Positions 29,006-37,795 of a stretch of 64,000 nucleotides of DNA are shown here, piece after piece; position 1 is the first letter of the stretch, and the number at the start of each line of letters is the position of its first letter. The translations under genes and the position numbers were made by a program. The stretch is taken from the NCBI GenBank assembly GCA_023250155.1, contig JAHFBG010000010.1:17832-81831 (forward strand), in the 5' to 3' direction. This stretch comes from Candidatus Melainabacteria bacterium (GTDB taxonomy: Bacteria; Cyanobacteriota; Vampirovibrionia; 2-02-FULL-35-15). Under the pieces are notes generated by a model that saw only the letters and a program-made list of their open reading frames with translations, was not told the DNA's origin and did not search any database.

Positions 29006-31045
29006 CTACAAAACAGCCTTAGCAAGAATTTCACTTATATCCTGAATGACTGGTGCTTCTCCAGTGGTATCAAGTGTTCTTGCTGTTTCTAACATAACAG
29101 TACAGAAAGGACATGCACTAGCAGCAGTTTTTGCGCCAGATTCTTTTATCTCATTTAAACGCATTACGTTTATTTGTTTACCAGGAGCTTCATACCATAG
29201 TTGTGCACCACCACCACCACAGCATGTCCCACGCTCTTTTGAGTTTTTCATTTCAGTGTATTCTAATCCAGGGATATTGTCTAAAATGTTTCTTGGTGCA
29301 TCATACTGACCATTGTGGCGACCTAGATAGCAGGAATCATGATAAGTGATTTGTTCGCTTACATCTTTTGTCATGGTGAGCTTGCCTTGTGTAATTAAAT
29401 CCCAAAGCACTTCTGTATGATGAAATACCTCAACATCTTTTAAGCCAAACTCTGGATATTCATTCTTGAAAGTATTAAAACAATGTGGGCAATGAGTGAT
29501 TATTTTTTTTACATTTTTACTGTTAAATGTTTCAATATTTTCAATTGCCAGTTCTTGGAAAAGCCCTTCATCACCAGCACGACGAGCTGTATCACCAGTA
29601 CACTTTTCTTTCTTTCCTAAAATAGCAAACTTAACTTCTGCTTTTTGAAGCAGCTTAACCATGGTCTTTGCTACATTTTGATTTCTACTGTCATATGCCC
29701 CAGCGCATCCAACCCAGTATAAATACTCAAACTCAGGAGTGTTATCGATTTTTGGAACATCTAATCCTTCTGTCCACTTTTCTCTGTCTTCAGGTGGCTG
29801 TCCCCATGGATTACTGCGAGAGCGAATATTTTTTAAAGTGTTTAAAAGATTGCTTGGGGCTTTATTGTCAGATATTAGTGTACGCCTAAGCTCAACTATT
29901 TTTGTTAGTTGATCGATCCCTACTGGACACACTTCAACACAAGCTCTGCATGTAGTACATGACCACAAGGTTTCTTGACTTATAAAACTAGTCAAAGGCA
30001 TATCCAAATCCTGCCTCTTGCCTCCTGCCTCTTGCTTCTGTCCTTTAAATCCATGTGGGAATAACGATTTCCCATTCATCACTTGTTTTAAATCTAGAAT
30101 TAGCCACTTAGGTGATAGTGGTTTTTCTGAATTTGTAGCAGGACATAACTCTTGGCATTTGCCACAAGCTGTACAAGTATCTAAATCCATTAAATCTTTC
30201 CAGCTAAAATCATTTATCTTTGTAATACTTTGTGCAAAATCATCGGGTGGATTTTCCATGGCTAAAATATCGATCAGGTTAAATGGTGTAGTTAATGCAC
30301 CTTTTGGTTTTGAATCATAAAAAAATAAATTTACTGGGGCTAAAAACATATGACTAAATTTTGTAAATGGAATTAATGCAATAAAAGAAAACGTTTGAAA
30401 TGAATGTAACCACCACAAAAACAAATGAAGAGATTTCTGCAAACTATAAGGTAGCCAACGAAAACAATGTGCAAAATATGCTCCAACAGGTGCATATGGT
30501 TCAATCTGGCTTGTAGCAGATTGCCTAAGTCCTTCAATTAAAAATCCAACTATTACAAAAAGCTCTAGATAAATCAGTTGTAGCCAGTCGTTTTGAAAAT
30601 TGTCTAAACGAGCAGGCTTCTTAACAAATCTAATATATCCAAACATCATAAGGCCTATTAACATAAGTAATCCAGACAAATCCATAAAAAGTGAGTAAGC
30701 CTTATAGAAAGGACCTTGAAAAAAATAAATAGGGAGACGATCTTGAACAGTTAAAATATCAGTGCCAATCCACAGTATAAAAAAACCATAAAACACCCAT
30801 ATATGAGCGATCATGACGATTTTATTATGCTGCCAGCCTTTATGTAAAAAGCTTTTCTCAAACATATATTTAATACGTTTTGGTATGTCGTTAAAATTAT
30901 TTTTTGGTTTGCCTTGTGACCAGGTTTTAATCTTTAAATAAAATCCATAAATAAAAATTGCAAATGAAATATAAAACAAACTATAAAAAATTGATTTGTA
31001 GTGTGGAAAATCATGAATATTCCACCATAGTCCACGTGTTTCCAT
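29006..31045 (-). CDS. Membrane Fe-S oxidoreductase (FadF/GlpC/HdrD-like, CCG domains)
   Basis: N-terminal TM helices, CTACGKCQELCP, CTTCRACVEVCP, YHDSCYLGRHN, CCGGGG. Confidence 0.9.
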   Translation of the reverse strand: METRGLWWNIHDFPHYKSIFYSLFYISFAIFIYGFYLKIKTWSQGKPKNNFNDIPKRIKYMFEKSFLHKGWQHNKIVMIAHIWVFYGFFILWIGTDILTVQDRLPIYFFQGPFYKAYSLFMDLSGLLMLIGLMMFGYIRFVKKPARLDNFQNDWLQLIYLELFVIVGFLIEGLRQSATSQIEPYAPVGAYFAHCFRWLPYSLQKSLHLFLWWLHSFQTFSFIALIPFTKFSHMFLAPVNLFFYDSKPKGALTTPFNLIDILAMENPPDDFAQSITKINDFSWKDLMDLDTCTACGKCQELCPATNSEKPLSPKWLILDLKQVMNGKSLFPHGFKGQKQEAGGKRQDLDMPLTSFISQETLWSCTTCRACVEVCPVGIDQLTKIVELRRTLISDNKAPSNLLNTLKNIRSRSNPWGQPPEDREKWTEGLDVPKIDNTPEFEYLYWVGCAGAYDSRNQNVAKTMVKLLQKAEVKFAILGKKEKCTGDTARRAGDEGLFQELAIENIETFNSKNVKKIITHCPHCFNTFKNEYPEFGLKDVEVFHHTEVLWDLITQGKLTMTKDVSEQITYHDSCYLGRHNGQYDAPRNILDNIPGLEYTEMKNSKERGTCCGGGGAQLWYEAPGKQINVMRLNEIKESGAKTAASACPFCTVMLETARTLDTTGEAPVIQDISEILAKAVL

Positions 31046-31104
31046 AACTAAGATATTTTAACGTGCTTGGAGTTTAATTATAAAAAAGCTTATAGAATTG
31101 ACAC

Positions 31105-31599
31105 TCAAAATAAAGGATTTTTAAGATTAGCAAGATATTCATCATATTTTTTCTTAATCTCTGGGGGCAATTCATCAGGTTCATATTGTGTTGTTTGAGT
31201 CCATGGTAGTGAGCTTCTAATTTTAAGACTATCTGGATCATATTCTTGTTCTATGCCTTTACCTGAAGCAAACAAATTCACTAATCTGACAATTTCAGCA
31301 CTATTAGGATCAGGATTATTTTGTACTAACTCTCTGACTTGCTCTATATCAGAACCACTCAATCCATAATTGTTACTTAAATCTTTTAGCCAGTATTCTG
31401 ACCAATCTTTAAGATTGTCACCTTGTGGGAGACCATTAGAAATGATTGCAAGCATTGCTAATGCTTTTGGAGCACTGCTAAGTCCGATAGAATTTATTGC
31501 AGCTACTCTATAATTAAACTTTTCTGTGCTGTCTGTTGCTACTTCAAGCGGTCTTCTTACACCACCAACTGGTCCTGTTGTATTAATTACTTTTGCCAT
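31105..31599 (-). CDS. Hypothetical protein
   Basis: ATG 31599 after AGGAGG. Confidence 0.7.
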   Translation of the reverse strand: MAKVINTTGPVGGVRRPLEVATDSTEKFNYRVAAINSIGLSSAPKALAMLAIISNGLPQGDNLKDWSEYWLKDLSNNYGLSGSDIEQVRELVQNNPDPNSAEIVRLVNLFASGKGIEQEYDPDSLKIRSSLPWTQTTQYEPDELPPEIKKKYDEYLANLKNPLF

Positions 31600-31697
31600 T
31601 AACCCCTCCTGGACTGATAAGTCATCCTGTAAGCTGATTATAAACAAGATGTTTTGTAAAAAGCAAGATAAAAGCACTGATAAATATTAAATATTTC

Positions 31698-32615
31698 TTA
31701 AGCCTGTCCTTGTGGTTTTTGCTTTAATGCACGGAGTTTAGTTGCTCTTTCTAAAAAGGCTTTTGCTTTTTCTTCATCCCCAGTTTTCTTATAAACCTCA
31801 GCAATATTGTCTAATACTACTGCAATATCTGGATGCTCTTTTCCTAGTGTTTTCTCTAGTATGGAAAGTGTATTGGTAAAAAGTGGTTCAGCCTCTTTAT
31901 ATTTTCCTTCTAAGAAATATATAGCCGCAAGATCATTTAAAGACTTTGCATAAATAGGATTTGCTTTTCCTTTTGATTTTTCACGAAGTACTAATAGTTT
32001 CTTAAAAATACCTTCTGCCTCAGCATATTTAGATTGTGCTTTGTAAAGCTCACCTAAGTTACTAAGTGCTGCATCTAAATTTCCCGCTATATTTGGAGTA
32101 TCTTTTTGTGGCTGACTTTCATAAATAGTTAAGGCTTGTGCATACAATGGCTCAGCTTCAGAAAATCTTTTTTCCAGGAAATAAAGTGTAGCAAGATTGT
32201 TTAGTGATAAAGCATAATCAGGATGTGTTTTTCCTAATGCTTTTTCACGGATAGCAAGTGCTTCTTTATAAGGTTTTTCTGATTCATAAAATCTGCTTTG
32301 TATTCTATAGAGTTCAGCTAAATTGTTTAGAGAGGTAGCAACATAAGGGTGTTCTTTTCCAAAAGTTTTTTTTGCAAACTTTAATGACTCTTTAGCAAGG
32401 CTTACTGCTTCTTTTGGGTTTCCTTGTTGGTAGTATTGAATTACTCTTCTATTAAGAAGTTTCCAGGCTTCTATTGAATTTTCTCCTGGCTGACCAGGTG
32501 TTCCATTTTGTCCACATGAAGCACATTTAACACATGCTGGCTTCATAGCACAACCAGAAAACAGTAACGGTAACGACAAACAAACCATTAAACAAATTAC
32601 AAATCTTTTTAACAT
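31698..32615 (-). CDS. TPR-repeat lipoprotein (kinesin-light-chain-type TPRs)
   Basis: Lipobox LFSGC; repeated HPxxAxSLNNLAxLY...AEPLY. Confidence 0.85.
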   Translation of the reverse strand: MLKRFVICLMVCLSLPLLFSGCAMKPACVKCASCGQNGTPGQPGENSIEAWKLLNRRVIQYYQQGNPKEAVSLAKESLKFAKKTFGKEHPYVATSLNNLAELYRIQSRFYESEKPYKEALAIREKALGKTHPDYALSLNNLATLYFLEKRFSEAEPLYAQALTIYESQPQKDTPNIAGNLDAALSNLGELYKAQSKYAEAEGIFKKLLVLREKSKGKANPIYAKSLNDLAAIYFLEGKYKEAEPLFTNTLSILEKTLGKEHPDIAVVLDNIAEVYKKTGDEEKAKAFLERATKLRALKQKPQGQA

Positions 32616-32672
32616 ACTAGTTATTAACTCCTTATTGTTACTATCTAATTGTTATTTATTAATTACTAAATG

Positions 32673-32900
32673 TCAAGGATGGGATTGAAGAAACACGTCA
32701 CACAGAGCAATTGCTCTATCCTTTCCAAAAACCACATCTGGTCTAAGATTGAACTTACATCTAATACCTGGTCTATAAGGTCTTTGTGGTGAAAAGTACT
32801 GACATGTACTGCACAGGTCATAACGAGCTGTTGTTGTGGCCATTCTACGCCAAGGATCATTTGTAATTTCACTATCTATTTCTTCATTTAGCTCTGTCAT
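32673..32900 (-). CDS. Small Cys-containing hypothetical protein
   Basis: 75 aa with CxxC...C...C. Confidence 0.55.
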   Translation of the reverse strand: MTELNEEIDSEITNDPWRRMATTTARYDLCSTCQYFSPQRPYRPGIRCKFNLRPDVVFGKDRAIALCDVFLQSHP

Positions 32901-32958
32901 AGTACTCTTAAAAATATTTATTTGATTGTTAATCGGGCAGAATAAATTCTGCCTCTAT

Positions 32959-33426
32959 TTATTTAAGCGTTTTAGTCAATGCCATTAAACCAAGCAAATA
33001 GCTGTCTTTTCCAAATCCAGTTATTTGTCCTATTGCTACAGGTGCAATTAAAGACTTATGTCTAAACTCTTCCCTCTTATAAATATTTGACAAATGTACT
33101 TCTACCGTAGGTAGTTTAACTGCTAATAATGCATCTCTAATTGCTACACTTGTATGAGTATAAGCAGCAGGATTTATAAGAATACCACAAGTACCATTTC
33201 TAGAGGCTTCTTGAATAAAATTTACAAGTTCTCCTTCTATATTTGATTGATAAATACAAAGCTCTATATTTAATTCTTTAGCAAGTTTTTTAAGATCATT
33301 ATTTATAACTTCTAAACTTATTTTTCCATAGATATTTTTTTCCCTTTTACCAAGCATGTTTAGATTAGGGCCATGCAGAACTAAGATTTGTTTATGTTTA
33401 GCTTTAGATTTTCTTTTCTTTGGCAT
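32959..33426 (-). CDS. aroQ: Type II 3-dehydroquinate dehydratase
   Basis: [43 protein letters not shown]. Confidence 0.96.
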   Translation of the reverse strand: MPKKRKSKAKHKQILVLHGPNLNMLGKREKNIYGKISLEVINNDLKKLAKELNIELCIYQSNIEGELVNFIQEASRNGTCGILINPAAYTHTSVAIRDALLAVKLPTVEVHLSNIYKREEFRHKSLIAPVAIGQITGFGKDSYLLGLMALTKTLK

Positions 33427-33483
33427 AATGATTATTATAGCGTTATGTTTTATGTTATCTTATTCAAAAGGAGGATAAATCAT

Positions 33484-33696
33484 ATGTCATCAATACTAAA
33501 AAATGTTTCTAATGAAGAAAAATTAAAAGCAACAAAAGATATTGTTGTAGCTTATATAACTAGTTCTGTTAAGAAAAAAGGGGAAGATTCTGAACCCACT
33601 ATGAAACCAGAACAAGTATGTGAGCTCTTAAAAAAAGTATTTAATACCTTGGAAGAAATATTGCCTACGATAGAATCTAAAGTAGGATTACACTAA
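33484..33696 (+). CDS. Small hypothetical protein resembling the MucR/Ros N-terminal domain
   Basis: ATG after AGGAGG; ATKDIVVAYITSS...ELLKKVFNTL. Confidence 0.6.
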   Translation: MSSILKNVSNEEKLKATKDIVVAYITSSVKKKGEDSEPTMKPEQVCELLKKVFNTLEEILPTIESKVGLH

Positions 33697-33706
33697 TAGC
33701 TTAAAT

Positions 33707-35014
33707 TTATAGCACAGTAGAGTTTGGTTTGTTTTTAAGCTTTGTACCTGGCTTGAATAAAACAGTTGAACCAGGACTGTTTTTTATGTAAGAAAAACTA
33801 CTATTATGAATTGTGGTTTCAGGACTGTTTTTTACAGTAATGTCTTTTCTAAGATTTCCCCATATTTGCCAATGAATTATTTTATCAAAAGCAAAATTTA
33901 TAGAACCTACGCAAGCATCAATGATTTCTGAAAATAAATTTGGGTTGTAATTCTCTCTCATATTATTTTCAATTTTTGTTTTTGGACTATCTTCTATTAG
34001 TGTTCCTCTCATATATTTGTTTGTATCACTCACTTCTGTGTTTTTACTTCTTATGACAGATACCATAGTACTGTTTGACAATTTGCTATTTGGGCTTTGA
34101 TACATAGCAATATTTTCACAGTTTTTGATTTGTGAGCATTCGTTCTCTCTAACTAGCATATATGGACTACCACTGGCATGAAGCTCTGGGCTTTTTTCTA
34201 TGTAGGAGGAATCACAGTTATTGAGTGATGCTCTTGGACTATCTACTATGCTTGTATGTGCAAAATAAATATAAAGCAAAGGAATAAAGTGTGGTAGATT
34301 TTGTGTCCGTGAAATATGTGCACCTGGACTTCTTGTGATACGAGAAAATCTGCTTGCCGATAAGCTTGCAGATAGACTATCAACAATTTCTGAAAAAGAA
34401 CTATCTTTCATATAAGCTTTTGTACTACTGCAGGCTCCTACAAACCAACTGTTATATATATTTGTATATGGGCTATCTATAAGTCCAAAAGATAAACTGT
34501 CATAAACTTTCGAATCCTCACTATCCAAAACATTTCCACGCTTACTATTGTCAACTATAGTACCAGGACTATCTTCTATATTTATCTTTTTTGAATCTTG
34601 AACAATTGTTCTATCACTATCTATTATATTAATTTTTGAGCTATCTTGAACAAAACAAGAATTACTTTCTAGCCATATACAAGAACTATTGTCTACAAGG
34701 TTGCCTTCTGAATCAGGTGCAAATATATTTTCTCCAAGCTTTTCAAGCTGGCGTACGAGTTTTTTTGACATTATGTTTCTTTGTTCATCTGTCAAAATCA
34801 ATTTGTTTTTTAAATAGTCAACTACTATTTCTTGTATATTTCCTATGTCATCCCATACATCTGTAATTAAAGTATTTAGTCTTATGTCTTCAGGCAATGC
34901 AATACCTTCACCAGAAACAGCTTTATATTTTTGACCAGTTTTCATCTGTTCTGAAAAAAGATCAATATAAGGCTTTGGATTAGGGCATAGCCTAGATGAT
35001 ATTTTGGTTAGCAT
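33707..35014 (-). CDS. Octapeptide-repeat (beta-solenoid-like) protein
   Basis: Many 8-residue [IVL]-x-[DNS]-S-x-x-x-x units. Confidence 0.7.
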   Translation of the reverse strand: MLTKISSRLCPNPKPYIDLFSEQMKTGQKYKAVSGEGIALPEDIRLNTLITDVWDDIGNIQEIVVDYLKNKLILTDEQRNIMSKKLVRQLEKLGENIFAPDSEGNLVDNSSCIWLESNSCFVQDSSKINIIDSDRTIVQDSKKINIEDSPGTIVDNSKRGNVLDSEDSKVYDSLSFGLIDSPYTNIYNSWFVGACSSTKAYMKDSSFSEIVDSLSASLSASRFSRITRSPGAHISRTQNLPHFIPLLYIYFAHTSIVDSPRASLNNCDSSYIEKSPELHASGSPYMLVRENECSQIKNCENIAMYQSPNSKLSNSTMVSVIRSKNTEVSDTNKYMRGTLIEDSPKTKIENNMRENYNPNLFSEIIDACVGSINFAFDKIIHWQIWGNLRKDITVKNSPETTIHNSSFSYIKNSPGSTVLFKPGTKLKNKPNSTVL

Positions 35015-35086
35015 TTAAGAGTGAACTAATTATAGTTAGTTCTTATCTTATAGTCAATAACAATGGTCAGAATATTCTCTTTTATC

Positions 35087-35157
35087 AGTTAAGATATTCC
35101 GTCCTGTATCAATTAAAGTCCCACCTAAAACAAATAGCGTAAAGCTTTGACTATCAT
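35087..35157 (-). pseudogene. Relic of a HAD-family hydrolase N-terminus
   Basis: MIVKAL then frameshift then LFVLGGTLIDTGRNI, a decayed FDLDGTLIDT motif I. Confidence 0.45.
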
Positions 35158-35229
35158 ATTAGTATCAAATTTGTAACAACCACAAAGAACAAATTGTTAT
35201 AATATTTCTGTATTGAAAATAAGAAAACT

Positions 35230-36111
35230 ATGCCACCATTTAAAACATCATGGATTCAAGGAACATCACAAAAAGATTTTAATAAAAATCTAAAGTACTA
35301 CTCAGAGAAAATACAGTCTGCCGCAGAACATGAAGCCAAATTAATTGTGCTTCCTGAGCTTTTTTTATGGGATTATTTCCCGATTTCAGAAGATACAAAA
35401 CATTTTGACTCTGCTATTAGTATTAGTTCAGATGCTATAAAACACTTTCAACTGCTTGCAAAAGATTTAAAAATAGTTTTGACACTGCCTATTTTCGAAA
35501 AAAGAGGAGAAGGCGTTTATCACAATAGTTGTTTGATAATAGAGAACAATGGTGAGATAGTAGGACACTATAGAAAAATGCATATTCCAGATGATCCTGG
35601 ATTCTATGAGAAATACTATTTTACACCAGGTGATTTAGGATTTACTGTTACTAAAACATCTCTTGGAAATATCGGGGTATTGATTTGTTGGGATCAGTGG
35701 TTTCCAGAAGCAGCAAGAATAATGGCTTTAAAGGGTGCTGATATTTTGATTTATCCTACAGCAATAGGATGGGATGACAATGAATCTTGTGAAAATAAAT
35801 CTCGTCAAGCTTTAAATACAGAACAAGTAGAAGCCTGGACTACTATTATGCGTGGCCATGCCATTGCAAATGGTATTCATGTAATGGCTGTAAATAGAGT
35901 AGGGAAAGAAGGACATTTAAACTTTTGGGGACATTCATTTGTAGCTGATCCGTATGGATCTATTATTCATCAAGATAAAACAGATGAGTCTGTTACACAG
36001 GTAGAAATAGATTTTTCTAAAACAAAGGAATGTCGCAGAACCTGGCCATTTTTTAGAGACAGAAGAATAGATAACTACCAAACTCTTTTAAAATCATGGG
36101 ATGGGGAATGA
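35230..36111 (+). CDS. aguB: N-carbamoylputrescine amidase (nitrilase family)
   Basis: LPELF, YRKMHIPDDPGFYEKYYFTPGD, ICWDQWFPE, PFFRDRR; adjacent to agmatine deiminase. Confidence 0.9.
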   Translation: MPPFKTSWIQGTSQKDFNKNLKYYSEKIQSAAEHEAKLIVLPELFLWDYFPISEDTKHFDSAISISSDAIKHFQLLAKDLKIVLTLPIFEKRGEGVYHNSCLIIENNGEIVGHYRKMHIPDDPGFYEKYYFTPGDLGFTVTKTSLGNIGVLICWDQWFPEAARIMALKGADILIYPTAIGWDDNESCENKSRQALNTEQVEAWTTIMRGHAIANGIHVMAVNRVGKEGHLNFWGHSFVADPYGSIIHQDKTDESVTQVEIDFSKTKECRRTWPFFRDRRIDNYQTLLKSWDGE

Positions 36112-37136
36112 TGGAACGTCATTATCCTCCCGAATGGGGAAAGCAATCCTGTACATGGCTTTCATATCCTCATAATGAAAAAGAATGGGGAAAGAAACGA
36201 TTGCCAAGAATTAGAAAGTTTTATAAAGAATTGATTTCACTTATATTAAATTTTCAGGATGTGAATTTGATTTTGCCGAGTGAGGGTTTTCTCGCAGAGA
36301 CATGCCATGGCATGTCTCAACAAAGGTACAAACTGAAAGAAATAGTAATCCCAAACAATGATATTTGGATAAGAGATTACGGTCCATTTTTTCTTGAGAA
36401 GAAAGTTCGGGGTAAAATAAAACCATTGATTCTTGATTTTGGATTTAATGCTTGGGGAGGAAAATTTTCGCCATGGGATCTTGATGATAACGTGCCTAGA
36501 GAAATTGCTCTATACAAAGGGTGTGAAATAGAATCCTATCCCATGATACTGGAAGGTGGTTCACTTGAGTTCTCAGGCTCTGGTCTTATTCTAACCACAG
36601 AACAATGCTTATTAAACAAAAATCGAAATCCAAAACTAAACAAAAAAGACATTGAGTCATATTTAAAAACGACATTTAATATTAGTGAGATTCTATGGCT
36701 AAAGTGTGGACTAGAAGGAGATCATACAGATGGACATATTGATGATGTAGCACGTTTTATAGATCCAAAAACAATAGTCATTTGTAAAGCAAGTGATAAA
36801 AAAGATAAGAACTATGAACACTTAAATAACAGTATTGAATATTTAAAAAAATGGAAGCATCCAAAAGAAGGATATAAACTAAAGATTATAGAACTACCAT
36901 TGCCACAAAAAATGAAATTAAAAAGTGAAAGATTGCCCAACTCTTATAGCAATTTTATTTTTGTAAACAATGGATTAATAGTTCCAATGTTCAATTGTGC
37001 CACTGACAAAAAAGTACTTAGTATATTTAAAAAGTTATTTCCAAAAAGAAAAGTAGTAGGAATAGATTGTTCACTACTTATAGAAGAAGGTGGCGGGTTG
37101 CACTGTATGACTAAGCAAGAGTCACTTATTACTTAA
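36108..37136 (+). CDS. aguA: Agmatine deiminase
   Basis: WIRDYGP, LEGGS, DHTDGHIDD, GGGLHCMT; ATGA overlap with aguB. Confidence 0.9.
   Translation: MMERHYPPEWGKQSCTWLSYPHNEKEWGKKRLPRIRKFYKELISLILNFQDVNLILPSEGFLAETCHGMSQQRYKLKEIVIPNNDIWIRDYGPFFLEKKVRGKIKPLILDFGFNAWGGKFSPWDLDDNVPREIALYKGCEIESYPMILEGGSLEFSGSGLILTTEQCLLNKNRNPKLNKKDIESYLKTTFNISEILWLKCGLEGDHTDGHIDDVARFIDPKTIVICKASDKKDKNYEHLNNSIEYLKKWKHPKEGYKLKIIELPLPQKMKLKSERLPNSYSNFIFVNNGLIVPMFNCATDKKVLSIFKKLFPKRKVVGIDCSLLIEEGGGLHCMTKQESLIT
36294..36321. repeat. REP-like perfect palindrome inside aguA
   Basis: GAGACATGCCATGGCATGTCTC (36297-36318), a 22-bp perfect palindrome. Confidence 0.7.
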
Positions 37137-37144
37137 AATTTTTA

Positions 37145-37474
37145 CTATTTGTCTAGTATTTTTTCTATTTGAGCTTTTAAAACCGGTAGATGTTTTGCCA
37201 GAACCATTTCTACAATACTTAGGTCAACTTTAAAGTATTCATGAACTATTACATGTCTCATACCAATAATATTCTGCCAGTTTATTTCACTATGTTGGGT
37301 TTTAAATTCTTCAGGAAGAGTTCTTGCAGCTTCTCCGATAATCTGCAAGCAGTGAACAATTCCATATACTTCAATATCATGACACTCATAAAATTTTCGT
37401 TTGTTTAGGTAGCTTTCAACATCATTAATTGTTTTTAAGATATCTTTTAATCTTTGTTGTACTATTTCATTCAT
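37145..37474 (-). CDS. HepT-like HEPN toxin (DUF86)
   Basis: LQIIGEA and GMRHVIVHEY (RX4HXY). Confidence 0.9.
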   Translation of the reverse strand: MNEIVQQRLKDILKTINDVESYLNKRKFYECHDIEVYGIVHCLQIIGEAARTLPEEFKTQHSEINWQNIIGMRHVIVHEYFKVDLSIVEMVLAKHLPVLKAQIEKILDK

Positions 37475-37761
37475 ATTTTAATGGCTTCATTAAGGGCATT
37501 TTCCCTAATTTTTTCTTTTAGTGTATTTGCAGTAAAAACCTCAATCTTTACTTTTAAAAGTTTGTTTAATTCTATCCATAACCCGCCTAAATCCCAGAGG
37601 CTTCTATCACCTCTTAAATCTACAAGAAAATCTATATCACTGTCTTCATTAGTTTGATTACGTGCAACAGAACCAAAAATCCTTACATTATAAGCCCCAT
37701 ATTGATCTGCAATCTTAAGTATTTCTTCTCGTTTGTGTTTTATTAATTCATATAGGCTCAT
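37471..37761 (-). CDS. MntA-like minimal nucleotidyltransferase antitoxin
   Basis: IFGSVARNQTNEDSDIDFLV (GSX10DXD); overlaps the HEPN gene. Confidence 0.9.
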   Translation of the reverse strand: MSLYELIKHKREEILKIADQYGAYNVRIFGSVARNQTNEDSDIDFLVDLRGDRSLWDLGGLWIELNKLLKVKIEVFTANTLKEKIRENALNEAIKI

Positions 37762-37795
37762 ATTTATTTCCTTCTATTTATTGTACACGATTTTC

